Positions 1 to 8,299 of a DNA stretch of 20,704 nucleotides are shown here, one piece after another. The stretch covers positions 1-20,704 of the forward strand of contig JBHHVD010000060.1 in NCBI GenBank assembly GCA_046754105.1, given 5' to 3'. A program made the position numbers and the translations under genes. This DNA comes from Candidatus Krumholzibacteriia bacterium (GTDB lineage: Bacteria > Krumholzibacteriota > Krumholzibacteriia > WVZY01). The notes below the pieces were generated by a model that did not search any database, had not been told where the DNA came from, and saw nothing but the letters and a program-made list of their open reading frames with translations. Position 1 is the first letter of the stretch; every line of letters begins with the position of its first letter.

Positions 1-348
1 ACGGGTGGAGGAGAATGGTTGTCTTCCGTCACGGCGAACGGCACGGACTGGAAGGTGAAACGAAACATCACGGAATCTTTCGCCTGCGACCTGCTGTGCA
101 CCGCCTTTCCGGGCCAGGGCGCGTACGAACTGCCGTACCAGGCTGGATTCCGTTTCGAGCTCTCGGAGGATGCGGTAGATGAGAACCGGGTCCTGAGGCC
201 CACCAAGAGCCGCATGAAATCCGGGCCGGCGGCCTGTTTCGTGGTCGGCGAGGCGGCCGGGCACCGGACCTGGCAGGAAAAGATGGCCGGAGCCGAGAGG
301 TCCGGTGGCAAAGAAACACAGTCCCTGGAAAGCAAAGGACGAGAGTGA
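1..348 (+). CDS. C-terminal part of an FAD-dependent oxidoreductase (sarcosine oxidase / proline dehydrogenase alpha-subunit-like), 5' truncated by window edge
   Basis: Frame open from position 1 to TGA 346-348. 'CDLLC...ELPYQAG' and 'FVVGEAAG' resemble the C-terminal motifs of this flavoprotein family. The stop overlaps the next ATG (TGATG), and the gene lies upstream of BFD-like and beta-subunit genes. Confidence 0.65.
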   Translation, partial: TGGGEWLSSVTANGTDWKVKRNITESFACDLLCTAFPGQGAYELPYQAGFRFELSEDAVDENRVLRPTKSRMKSGPAACFVVGEAAGHRTWQEKMAGAERSGGKETQSLESKGRE

Positions 349-656
349 TGGCGAAGACCATTCTGTGCCACTGCGAGGACGTGGAGCTGGAGGAGGTCTT
401 CTCCGCGCTCGAGCAGGGGTACGGAGATATCGAGACGCTGAAACGCTACACCGGTATCGGCACCGGCAAGTGCCAGGGCAAGTGCTGCTTCGTACAGACC
501 CTTCGCATCCTGGCGGCACTGAAGTCCCGGCCTGACGATGAGACAGGGCCCGCGCTGACGGGAAACACCGGCTCCATACACGTGCCCACGCTGAGGCCGC
601 CCGTCCTCCCCATGAGAATAGACGACATCGTGGACGGCGACGGAGAAACGCCGTGA
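348..656 (+). CDS. BFD-like [2Fe-2S]-binding subunit (stand-alone homolog of the SoxA/PDH alpha C-terminal domain)
   Basis: CHCEDV...ETLKRYTGIGTGKCQGKCC...PTLRPPVLP motif. ATG 348 overlaps the upstream stop (alternative GTG at 345). Confidence 0.85.
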   Translation: MAKTILCHCEDVELEEVFSALEQGYGDIETLKRYTGIGTGKCQGKCCFVQTLRILAALKSRPDDETGPALTGNTGSIHVPTLRPPVLPMRIDDIVDGDGETP

Positions 657-1798
657 TCCGCCGGGCTGAAGTGGTCGTCGTCGGCGGTGGCGTCAACGGG
701 CTCGCCTGCGCCTACAACCTCGCGCGACGCGGTGTCGAGAACATCGTGGTTCTGGAAAAGGGCTATCTGGGCGCGGGCGCGACCGGCCGCTGCGGCGCGG
801 GCATCCGCCAGCAGTGGGGCATGGAGGAAAACATCCTCCTCGCGCGCGAGAGTGTCAGGATATTCGAGCAACTCTCGGATGAGCTGGGCTTCAACACGTT
901 CTTTCGCCAGGGCGGCTACCTGATTCTCATCTCCGATGACAGGGAATACGAACTCGTCAGATCGACCATTCCCGTGCAAAACAAGCTCGGTGTGCCGACG
1001 CGAATGATGACGCGGCAGGAGATCTCGTCTTTTGTCCCGGGCATCAACGTCGATGGCGTACTGGGCGGAGCGTACTGCCCGACCGACGGCACCGCTTACC
1101 CCTACGCGGTACTTTGGGGTTACGGAGAGGCGGCGCGAAAACGGGGTGTCGAGATCAAGGTGAATACGACGGTCACCGAAGTATCGCGCGTGGAGGGAGG
1201 GCGGTACCGGATCGTAACGAACGGGGACACGTTCGAGACTCCGGTCATGGTCAACGTTGCGGGCGCCCGGACCAGGGACATCGCCTCGCACATTGGAATC
1301 CGCATCCCCACCGAGCCGCACCTGCATGAAATAGCGGTGACCGAGTCGGTGAAAGCGTTTCTGGAACCGATGATCATTTCCATCAAGAAAGGGTTCTATT
1401 TCTCGCAGAGCCTTCGCGGTGAAATCGTGGGAGGAATCGGCGACGACCACCAGTCGCCGACGTACAGCAGCGTTTCGTCGGCGGATTTCCTGTTCCGGTA
1501 CGCGGCCGCGCTGCGCGAGACCATTCCCGCCATCGGCAAGGTGCGGATCATCCGGCAGTGGGCGGGTCTCTACGACATGTCCCCAGACGCCAGACCCATC
1601 CTCGGTGCCGTGGACGGCTACGAGGGCTACTACCACGCGTGCGGGTTCAGCGGCCACGGCTTCATGCTGAGTCCGATCGTGGCACGACTGCTCTCCGAGC
1701 TCATTACAACCGGCACAACGTCGATCCCGGTGGAAGGCCTCAATCTGAACCGTTTTGCCGCCGGCGAGCTGGTGAAGGACCCGTACGTCGTCGGCTGA
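653..1798 (+). CDS. FAD-dependent oxidoreductase, sarcosine oxidase beta / dye-linked L-proline dehydrogenase beta-subunit family (DAO fold)
   Basis: GGGVNG Rossmann motif, GAGATGRCGAGIRQQW, WAGLYDMSPDARPILG, CGFSGHGFMLSP. GTGA overlap with the upstream gene. Confidence 0.88.
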   Translation: MIRRAEVVVVGGGVNGLACAYNLARRGVENIVVLEKGYLGAGATGRCGAGIRQQWGMEENILLARESVRIFEQLSDELGFNTFFRQGGYLILISDDREYELVRSTIPVQNKLGVPTRMMTRQEISSFVPGINVDGVLGGAYCPTDGTAYPYAVLWGYGEAARKRGVEIKVNTTVTEVSRVEGGRYRIVTNGDTFETPVMVNVAGARTRDIASHIGIRIPTEPHLHEIAVTESVKAFLEPMIISIKKGFYFSQSLRGEIVGGIGDDHQSPTYSSVSSADFLFRYAAALRETIPAIGKVRIIRQWAGLYDMSPDARPILGAVDGYEGYYHACGFSGHGFMLSPIVARLLSELITTGTTSIPVEGLNLNRFAAGELVKDPYVVG

Positions 1799-1872
1799 CG
1801 GCGCCGTCTCCGGAAGTGTCACGAGGATATTCAATCAACTGGAACCGAATTCGTTAATCAGGGGGAGCGAAC

Positions 1873-2691
1873 ATGGAGAAAGCCCTGGAGCAGCTGATCC
1901 CGTACGTGACGACGTACGGCCTCAAAGTCATCGGCGCGATACTGATACTGATTATCGGCCGTTTCGTCGCCGGCGTCGTCCGCCGCGTCGTGAACCGCTT
2001 GCTGGGACGGGCGAAAGTGGACGCCTCGATCATCTCCTTTGCGTGTAGTCTCTCGTACGCGCTGGTCTTGACATTCGCGGTGCTGGCGTCGCTGGCCAAG
2101 TTCGGAGTAGAGACCACGTCGTTCGTGGCGGTGCTCGGCGCGGCCGGCTTTGCGATCGGATTCGCCCTGCAGGGATCGCTGGCCAACTTCGCGGCGGGGG
2201 TTCTCGTGCTGATTCTCAAACCGTTCAGAGTCGGTGATTTTGTCGAGGCGGCCGGCGTAGCCGGATCGGTAAAGGAGATATCCCTGTTCAGCACCGTGCT
2301 TCACACCGGTGACAATGTCCGAATAGTGGTACCAAACGGCAAGATGTACGGCGACGTGATCAAGAACTATTCGTCGAACGCCACGCGTCGCATCGACCTC
2401 GTCGTAGGCATTGGTTACGATTCTCCCGTCGGGCAGGCCCGCGATATCTTGAACGAGATTATCAGCGGCAGCGAGCGCGTTCTGGCGGACCCGGCGCCGA
2501 CCGTCGCGCTCGCCGAGCTCGCCGACTCCAGCGTCAATTTCGTCGTTCGCCCGTGGGTAAAGAGAGAAGACTACTGGACGGCGCGATGGGACCTCCTCGA
2601 GACGATCAAGGAAAAGTTCGACGCGGCGGGTATCGAGATCCCGTTTCCACAGAGGACGGTTCACATGGTGCGTCCGGACTCCACGGCGTAG
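1873..2691 (+). CDS. mscS: Small-conductance mechanosensitive channel
   Basis: Three TM segments, LGAAGFAIGFALQGSLANFAAG (TM3), KPFRVGD, GIEIPFPQR. RBS GGGGGAG upstream. Confidence 0.95.
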   Translation: MEKALEQLIPYVTTYGLKVIGAILILIIGRFVAGVVRRVVNRLLGRAKVDASIISFACSLSYALVLTFAVLASLAKFGVETTSFVAVLGAAGFAIGFALQGSLANFAAGVLVLILKPFRVGDFVEAAGVAGSVKEISLFSTVLHTGDNVRIVVPNGKMYGDVIKNYSSNATRRIDLVVGIGYDSPVGQARDILNEIISGSERVLADPAPTVALAELADSSVNFVVRPWVKREDYWTARWDLLETIKEKFDAAGIEIPFPQRTVHMVRPDSTA

Positions 2692-2716
2692 CCGCCGCGG
2701 CCAGGCGGCGTTACGC
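2686..2716. terminator. GC-rich hairpin between convergent genes (possible bidirectional terminator or pause)
   Basis: GCGTA-GCCGCC / GGCGGC-(GT)-TACGC inverted repeat spanning both stop codons. No U-tract. Confidence 0.4.
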
Positions 2717-4828
2717 GGTCCCGACGCGGATTCTGGCGTCCACGACCCTGCAGGCGCTGCGGTCGGGTGTCACCATGACGGGGTTCATGTCGAGCTCCAC
2801 GATCTCCGGCAGGTCGTCCACCATCTGCGCTAGGCGCTGGATCGATTCCTCGATGAACTCCACATCGACCGCCTCGTCACCCCGTACCCCCTCCAGCAAC
2901 GGATAGGACTTGATGCTGCGGACCATCTGGCGCGCGTCGATGTCCGTCACCGGCATCACGCGGAACGTGATGTCCTTGATGATTTCCACGTATTTGCCGC
3001 CCATCCCGAACATGAGCACCGGCCCGAACTTCGGGTCGGTGGTCATGCCCAGAATCACTTCCTTGCCCGCCTGCGCCATCTCCTGCACCAGGTAACCTTC
3101 GACCTCGCCTGCGACGCCCGCACGCGCCAGCTTCTCCCGCATCCCGGCGTGCGCCCGCGCGAGCTTGTCCTGGTTCTTGATGCCCGTAACAACGCCGCCG
3201 ATATCCGACTTGTGGGGAATGTTCCGGCCGAACGCTTTCAAGACCAGCGGGTAGCCCACCTCTCCGGCCGCCTCCACGATGTCGCCGTCCGGGGGAAAGA
3301 ACCGGAGCCCGCACACCGGGAAACCATACGCCTCCAGCACGCCGTTGACCTGGTCGGGCGGCATGTATCCGCCCCCGGACGCGGCGGCCCGTTCGATCAT
3401 CTCGCGTACAGCGGCACCCCGGGTCTCGAAGCGCCTCACTTCGCCCTCGGGCTGCTCGACCCAGATCCGCTGTCGATTCATGGCCGCCAGCGCCCTCACG
3501 GCGGATTCCGGAAAACGATACACGGGCGGTGCCTCTTTGATCGCGCGGGGAGTCTCTTCGTAGAATTTCTCTTCGGCCATGACCACTGAAAACACGGGCT
3601 TGTCGTAGCGGCGCGCGGCGTCGGTGATTTCCTGAACCACTTTTCGGGGCTCCACCATGATCGGTGGCACGAAGATAACGATGACCGCATCCACCCCCCC
3701 GTCTGCCAGCATGATGTCGAGCGCCTTGCCGTACTCGGCGGCACCCGCGCTGGCGATCATGTCCACCGGGTTGCGCACGCTCGATTCCTCGGGGAGAAAG
3801 CTCTCGAGTTTCTTCTGCGTGTCGGCCGAGAGTTTCGCTGGCGCCAGGTCTTCGTTCACGAGCCGGTCGGTCGCCATGATGGCGGGGCCACCGGCGTTGG
3901 TCAGCACGCCGACGCGGTTACCGGCGGGCATCGGGTTTTTCGAGAACCCGAGCACAACGTCCATCATTTCCTGGATCGTCGATACGCGCAGCACGCCGCA
4001 CTGGTGCAGCAGCGCGTCCACCGCGATCTCGAGCCCCGCCAGGTGGCCGGTGTGCGACGACGCCGCGCGCGCGCCCGCCGCCGTCGTGCCGGACTTGACG
4101 AGGATGATCGGCTTTTTCTTCGTGATTCTCTTCGATAGCTGTGTGAAACGGCGAGGCTCGCCGAAAGATTCGAGATAGAGCGCTATGATCCGGGTCGCGT
4201 CGTCCTCGGCCCAGTACTCGAGCAGGTCGTTGCCCGCGATATCGAGCTTGTTGCCGACGCTTACGAAATACGACAGGCCCAGATTGAGCCGCGCTACCGC
4301 CAGCAGGATCGCCACGCCGAGCGCGCCGCTCTGGGTCATGAAACCCATCGAGCCGCTCTCGGGTTCGAGCGGCGCGAAGGTGGCGTTCATGCGCACGTTC
4401 GCCCCGGCGTTGATCACGCCCATGCAGTTCGGTCCCACGATGCGAAAATCGTATTTCTCCTTGAGGGCGAGGAGGTCCTGCTCGCGCTTCACCCCCTGGC
4501 CGCCGATTTCACGGAATCCGGCACTGATGACGACCAGGCCCTTGACTCCCCGCTCCCCACATTCGGCCGCTACCTCGAGCACGTGCTCCTTGGGCACGAT
4601 GATGATCGCCAGATCGACCGGGTCCGGGATGCTCTTCACCGTCGGGTGGCACTTGATACTCTTTATGAACTTGTGCTTGGGGTTTACCGGAAAGACCATC
4701 CCGTTGAAACCGTAGCGGATGAGATTGTCCAGGAGCTCGTGGCCGATCGTGCCGCGACGCGGGCTCGCTCCGATCACCGCGATCGAGGACGGGCTGAAAA
4801 TGGCGTCGAGCGAGTGTGTGGATGTCAT
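2711..4828 (-). CDS. ADP-forming acetate/acyl-CoA synthetase (fused alpha-beta, ACD family)
   Basis: SIAVIGAS CoA-binding domain, GPNCMG, QSGALG, SHTG phospho-His loop, NPVDM, C-terminal ATP-grasp with HKSDIGGV, DPKFGPVLMFGMGG, ELDMNP, VDARI. No GNAT domain. Confidence 0.92.
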   Translation of the reverse strand: MTSTHSLDAIFSPSSIAVIGASPRRGTIGHELLDNLIRYGFNGMVFPVNPKHKFIKSIKCHPTVKSIPDPVDLAIIIVPKEHVLEVAAECGERGVKGLVVISAGFREIGGQGVKREQDLLALKEKYDFRIVGPNCMGVINAGANVRMNATFAPLEPESGSMGFMTQSGALGVAILLAVARLNLGLSYFVSVGNKLDIAGNDLLEYWAEDDATRIIALYLESFGEPRRFTQLSKRITKKKPIILVKSGTTAAGARAASSHTGHLAGLEIAVDALLHQCGVLRVSTIQEMMDVVLGFSKNPMPAGNRVGVLTNAGGPAIMATDRLVNEDLAPAKLSADTQKKLESFLPEESSVRNPVDMIASAGAAEYGKALDIMLADGGVDAVIVIFVPPIMVEPRKVVQEITDAARRYDKPVFSVVMAEEKFYEETPRAIKEAPPVYRFPESAVRALAAMNRQRIWVEQPEGEVRRFETRGAAVREMIERAAASGGGYMPPDQVNGVLEAYGFPVCGLRFFPPDGDIVEAAGEVGYPLVLKAFGRNIPHKSDIGGVVTGIKNQDKLARAHAGMREKLARAGVAGEVEGYLVQEMAQAGKEVILGMTTDPKFGPVLMFGMGGKYVEIIKDITFRVMPVTDIDARQMVRSIKSYPLLEGVRGDEAVDVEFIEESIQRLAQMVDDLPEIVELDMNPVMVTPDRSACRVVDARIRVGTA

Positions 4829-5520
4829 GCTTTTTCCCCTCTATATATATAGGCGATACCGCCGGTCATTCTCTTTGCCTGAAAGCCCTTTAGCCCCGCC
4901 GACCGTACCAGTTCGTGCACTTCTTCACACGATAGAAAGTCCCCGATGGATGACGCCAGGTAGCGGTACGCGCCGCTCGAACCGGATACGAGACCACCGA
5001 TAAAGGGCAGGACACGGCGCAGGTAGAAATTGTACGCCCGCAGCGGCAGTCCTCCGGCGGGTGGACAGAATTCGAGGATGGCCAGCTTGCCCCCCGGCCT
5101 CAGCACGCGCGCCATTTCCGCTACGCCCTTCCGGTAGTCGGGGAGGTTACGCAACCCGAACGCGATCGTGACCGCGTCGAACGATCCGTCTCGAAACGGC
5201 AACGCCAGGACGTCGCTCTCGACGAGCCGGACGCGTCCGTTGAGGTTTCTCCTCGCGAGCTTATCGTGACCGGCGCCGAGCATCCCCGCCGACAGGTCGA
5301 CCCCGAAGACACGCCCGGAACGAAGCCGCGAGGCGAAACCGATCGCTACGTCCGCCGTCCCCGTGCACGCGTCGAGCACACAGCCGTCGTCAGGGGCTTC
5401 CGCCAGCCGGATCAGATCCCGCCGCCACAGACGGTCAACGTTGAGACTGAGAACATGATTGAGGAGATCGTAGGTCCTGGCGATCTCCGTAAACATCTCG
5501 GGTGTTTCGTGTTTCTGCAT
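4825..5520 (-). CDS. ubiE: Ubiquinone/menaquinone biosynthesis C-methyltransferase (UbiE/MenG family)
   Basis: MF..IA..YDLLNHVLS...D.LWR, LDACTGTAD SAM motif, FDAVTIAFGLRN, RVLRPGG, AYRYLASSI. 4-bp overlap with the ACD gene. Confidence 0.92.
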   Translation of the reverse strand: MQKHETPEMFTEIARTYDLLNHVLSLNVDRLWRRDLIRLAEAPDDGCVLDACTGTADVAIGFASRLRSGRVFGVDLSAGMLGAGHDKLARRNLNGRVRLVESDVLALPFRDGSFDAVTIAFGLRNLPDYRKGVAEMARVLRPGGKLAILEFCPPAGGLPLRAYNFYLRRVLPFIGGLVSGSSGAYRYLASSIGDFLSCEEVHELVRSAGLKGFQAKRMTGGIAYIYRGEKA

Positions 5521-5535
5521 GGCCCCGGGCTCGGG

Positions 5536-6726
5536 TCAATTGCCCTCTACGACCCTGGTCAGCTTGTAGACCCTCTGGTCGAGTAACGCGCAGAAATAAA
5601 GCTCGCCGCCCGCATCAACCCCGAAGGACGAGATCAAGAATTCGGTATCCTGCAGCAGGACGTTCGATTCCACGTTCACACCGTCGTAACGAAGGGCCCA
5701 TATCTCGCCGGTCTGGAAGTCCGCGTAGACGTACGCCCCGATCAGCTCCGGCAGCGCGCTGCCACGGTATACGAAGCCGCCGGTAACCGATCGCGCCGAG
5801 CCGGCGGCGGGATGCGAATAGTCCCAAATCGGCGGCTCGAGGCCCGTCATGTCACAGCCGGCGTTCAGGCATACGCTGCCCTCCATGATACTCCACCCGT
5901 AGTTCTTGCCCTTTTCGACGATATCGATTTCTTCCCGCGAATCCTCGCCGACGTCCGCCACCCACAACCGCCGCGTGGGCGGGTCGAAACTGAACCGCCA
6001 GGGGTTGCGCATCCCCCACGCGAAAATCTCCTCCCGGTACCCCCGGCTGTTGCCAACGAACGGATTGTCGGGAGGTATCCCGTACGGCAAGGTGTCGACG
6101 TCGATCCGGAGAATCGTCCCCAGCAGGGTACCCCGATTCTGCCCGTTGCCCTGCGGGTCCACCGGCCCCCCTCCGTCCCCCACGCCGATATAGAGAAAAC
6201 CGTCGGGGCCGAACGAGACCTGTCCTCCGTTGTGGTTGGCAAACGGCTGGTCGATGTCGAGCACGTCGACCTGGCTCCCCGCGGCCGTCGTGTCCGGATC
6301 CGCCGGATCCGCGCGGAAACGCGACAGCCGCGTTTTTCTCTGGCCGCCGGGCGCGGTCGTGATCGAGTAATAGACGAAGTAATAGCCGTTGCTCGCGAAC
6401 TGGGGGTGAAACGCAAGGCCGAGCAAACCCTGCTCGCCGGAAAACGTGACCACGGAGGAAATGTCGAGGAATACCGACGCGGCCGGGACGGAGTCGACCT
6501 TTTCGAACACGAGGATCTGGCCGCGTTGCTCGACCACGAACAGGCGGTTACTGCCGTCTCCCGCATCCTGCAGATCCAGCGGCCGATCGAACGACAAGTT
6601 GGGGAACGCCGGCGCGGCCACGAAACGAACGGCTCCCGGCCCGGCGCTCTTGTTATCGCACGACGCGCAGGCGGCGAGCGCGGCCCCCACGACGAACGGA
6701 GCCCATTTGCTTCTGGCCTGCGTCAT
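5536..6726 (-). CDS. PQQ-dependent soluble sugar dehydrogenase (GSDH/aldose sugar dehydrogenase family), predicted lipoprotein
   Basis: RLFVVEQRG, GEQGLLGLAFHPQF, NHNGGQ..FGPDG.LY...GDGG, GMRNPWRFSFD, ADVG, NYGW, SVTGG.VYRG, ISSFG.D..GELY. Start re-set to ATG 6726 (MTQARSK...), followed by a hydrophobic stretch and an LAAC/ASC lipobox. ATGA overlap with DUF547. Confidence 0.9.
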   Translation of the reverse strand: MTQARSKWAPFVVGAALAACASCDNKSAGPGAVRFVAAPAFPNLSFDRPLDLQDAGDGSNRLFVVEQRGQILVFEKVDSVPAASVFLDISSVVTFSGEQGLLGLAFHPQFASNGYYFVYYSITTAPGGQRKTRLSRFRADPADPDTTAAGSQVDVLDIDQPFANHNGGQVSFGPDGFLYIGVGDGGGPVDPQGNGQNRGTLLGTILRIDVDTLPYGIPPDNPFVGNSRGYREEIFAWGMRNPWRFSFDPPTRRLWVADVGEDSREEIDIVEKGKNYGWSIMEGSVCLNAGCDMTGLEPPIWDYSHPAAGSARSVTGGFVYRGSALPELIGAYVYADFQTGEIWALRYDGVNVESNVLLQDTEFLISSFGVDAGGELYFCALLDQRVYKLTRVVEGN

Positions 6727-7586
6727 CGCTCGCCGGTCTCCGGCGGCTGCACGTTGAGGGCCCAATCGTACGGCAGGTACGCGACGTCGTACTTTTCCTC
6801 CATTATATACCGCCGGTCCGCGTCGTCGACGTAGTTCAACACGAACTCGAGCGCGGCTCGCTTCTTCACCTCGTGCCCGTGCTTCAAACCCATTCGTTTG
6901 CCAAAGCCGGCGAAGTCCTCGCCGAACCAGTCGAAGATGGACGAGAGGTGGACGACGCCGCGTCCGCGATCGATCTGGAAATTGCGTTCGATGGCGAGAA
7001 AGCGGCGCGCCTGGCCGTCCAGCTGCCCGTCGAGGTCCGGGCCCCGGAAGGCCTCCCTGAGGAGGGGCGGACAACCGATCGACGCGCACACGAGCGCCAC
7101 GTGAATGCGCGGCTCGTCGAACTTCCCCCGCAGGACCTCGTGTTCGATATCGTTTAGCGACAGCGGCTTGCCCATTACCGTAAACTTCAACACTTCCCAG
7201 ACACCGGCGATCTGCCGGATGCTCTGCTTCGGGTAAACCAGCGATTTTACCTTCGACGGCTCGATCGGGTAGTGGTCGACGACTGCGCGCAGCGTCAGCG
7301 CGTTATAGGCGTTGATCCAGAAAGCGATCTTCTCGCTCTCGTCCCAGGCCGCGTAGGCGCGGGCATCCACGCGGGCGAGATACCCGACGAATTCGTCGAT
7401 TTTCCGGCGGTGCGTCTTGAGCTTGGCATAGTCGACCAGGCCTTCGCCGTCCACGTACGCGCTCAGGACCTCCTCGTAGGCGGCCGCGGCCTCCTTCGCG
7501 GCACTCGCGCCTTCGCCCGGCGTTCCTGCGCCGAGCGCGAAAAACCCCGTCACGATCAGACATTGCCAAACGATGTTGCGCCTCAT
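6723..7586 (-). CDS. DUF547 domain protein, secreted
   Basis: GLVDY..LK, AFWINAYNALT, SLNDIEH..LR..F.EPRIHVALVCASIGCPPL, LSSIFDWFGEDF, YLPYDWALN. Start ATG 7586 (MRRNIVWQ...) with a signal-like N-terminus. Confidence 0.9.
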   Translation of the reverse strand: MRRNIVWQCLIVTGFFALGAGTPGEGASAAKEAAAAYEEVLSAYVDGEGLVDYAKLKTHRRKIDEFVGYLARVDARAYAAWDESEKIAFWINAYNALTLRAVVDHYPIEPSKVKSLVYPKQSIRQIAGVWEVLKFTVMGKPLSLNDIEHEVLRGKFDEPRIHVALVCASIGCPPLLREAFRGPDLDGQLDGQARRFLAIERNFQIDRGRGVVHLSSIFDWFGEDFAGFGKRMGLKHGHEVKKRAALEFVLNYVDDADRRYIMEEKYDVAYLPYDWALNVQPPETGER

Positions 7587-8299
7587 GGCCTGGTCCTCAC
7601 TTTCCCCCCGCGCGAACGCAGGTAGGCGGGATAGCAGGAGAGAATCGTGGCGATGATCTTTGTCCCCGCCAGAATCGTCCCCCTTATCGTACCGGATATT
7701 TTGGATTTGCCAATTCGTTTCCGGTAGCGAACGGGAACCTCGATGATCCGAAGCCCGGCGCGGATCGCCTTCACCTGCATCTCGGCGTTCCACCCGAAGG
7801 TCGGGTCGCGCATGCCGAGCGCTTCGAGGCTCCGGCGGCGAATGGCCCGGAAGGGCCCCATGTCCGTAAAACGAAAACCGTACAACCACCGGATCATGCC
7901 GCAGGCCAGCACGTTGCCCAGGCGCTGGTTCCACTGCAGGGCCCCCTTTTCGGCGCCCGTCACGCGGGAGCCGACGACGAAATCGGCCGTCCCGTTCTCG
8001 ATCGGTGCGAGAAGCAGCGGCAGGTCCTCCGGATAGTCCGAATGGTCGCCGTCGAGAATCACCACGACATCCGAATCACGCTCCACGCTGGCGATTCCGC
8101 GCAGACACGCCGCGCCGTAGCCCCGCCGCCGTTCCTCGACGACGGTCGCCCCGTGCGCTCGCGCCACCCCGGCCGTCGCGTCCGTCGACCCGTTGTCGAC
8201 GACGATCACCTGCCCGACGCCATCGCGCGGAATTTCGTCGATCACCAGGCCTATGGAGTGTTCCTCGTTCATCGCGGGTATGACGACACTCGCCTTCAT
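7583..8299 (-). CDS. Glycosyltransferase family 2, DPM-synthase/polyprenol-phosphate glycosyltransferase-like
   Basis: SVVIPAMNEE, IVVDNGSTDAT, GYGAAC, LDGDHSD, VVGSR, FTDMGPFRAI, EVPV.YR.RIG.SKISGT. Start ATG 8299 overlaps the upstream stop (ATGA). Confidence 0.9.
   Translation of the reverse strand: MKASVVIPAMNEEHSIGLVIDEIPRDGVGQVIVVDNGSTDATAGVARAHGATVVEERRRGYGAACLRGIASVERDSDVVVILDGDHSDYPEDLPLLLAPIENGTADFVVGSRVTGAEKGALQWNQRLGNVLACGMIRWLYGFRFTDMGPFRAIRRRSLEALGMRDPTFGWNAEMQVKAIRAGLRIIEVPVRYRKRIGKSKISGTIRGTILAGTKIIATILSCYPAYLRSRGGKVRTRP

Noticed and set aside
446..1834. 462-aa antisense ORF, and similar long shadow ORFs (1858-2664, 5812-6834, 9959-10966, 12000-13271, 15795-17258, 19191-20372)
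   Set aside because: They lie opposite well-supported genes, have no recognisable motifs, and are expected in high-GC DNA.
4838..4853. (TA)n microsatellite-like run
   Set aside because: Simply encodes A-Y-I-Y-R at the end of ubiE and is too short to indicate phase variation.
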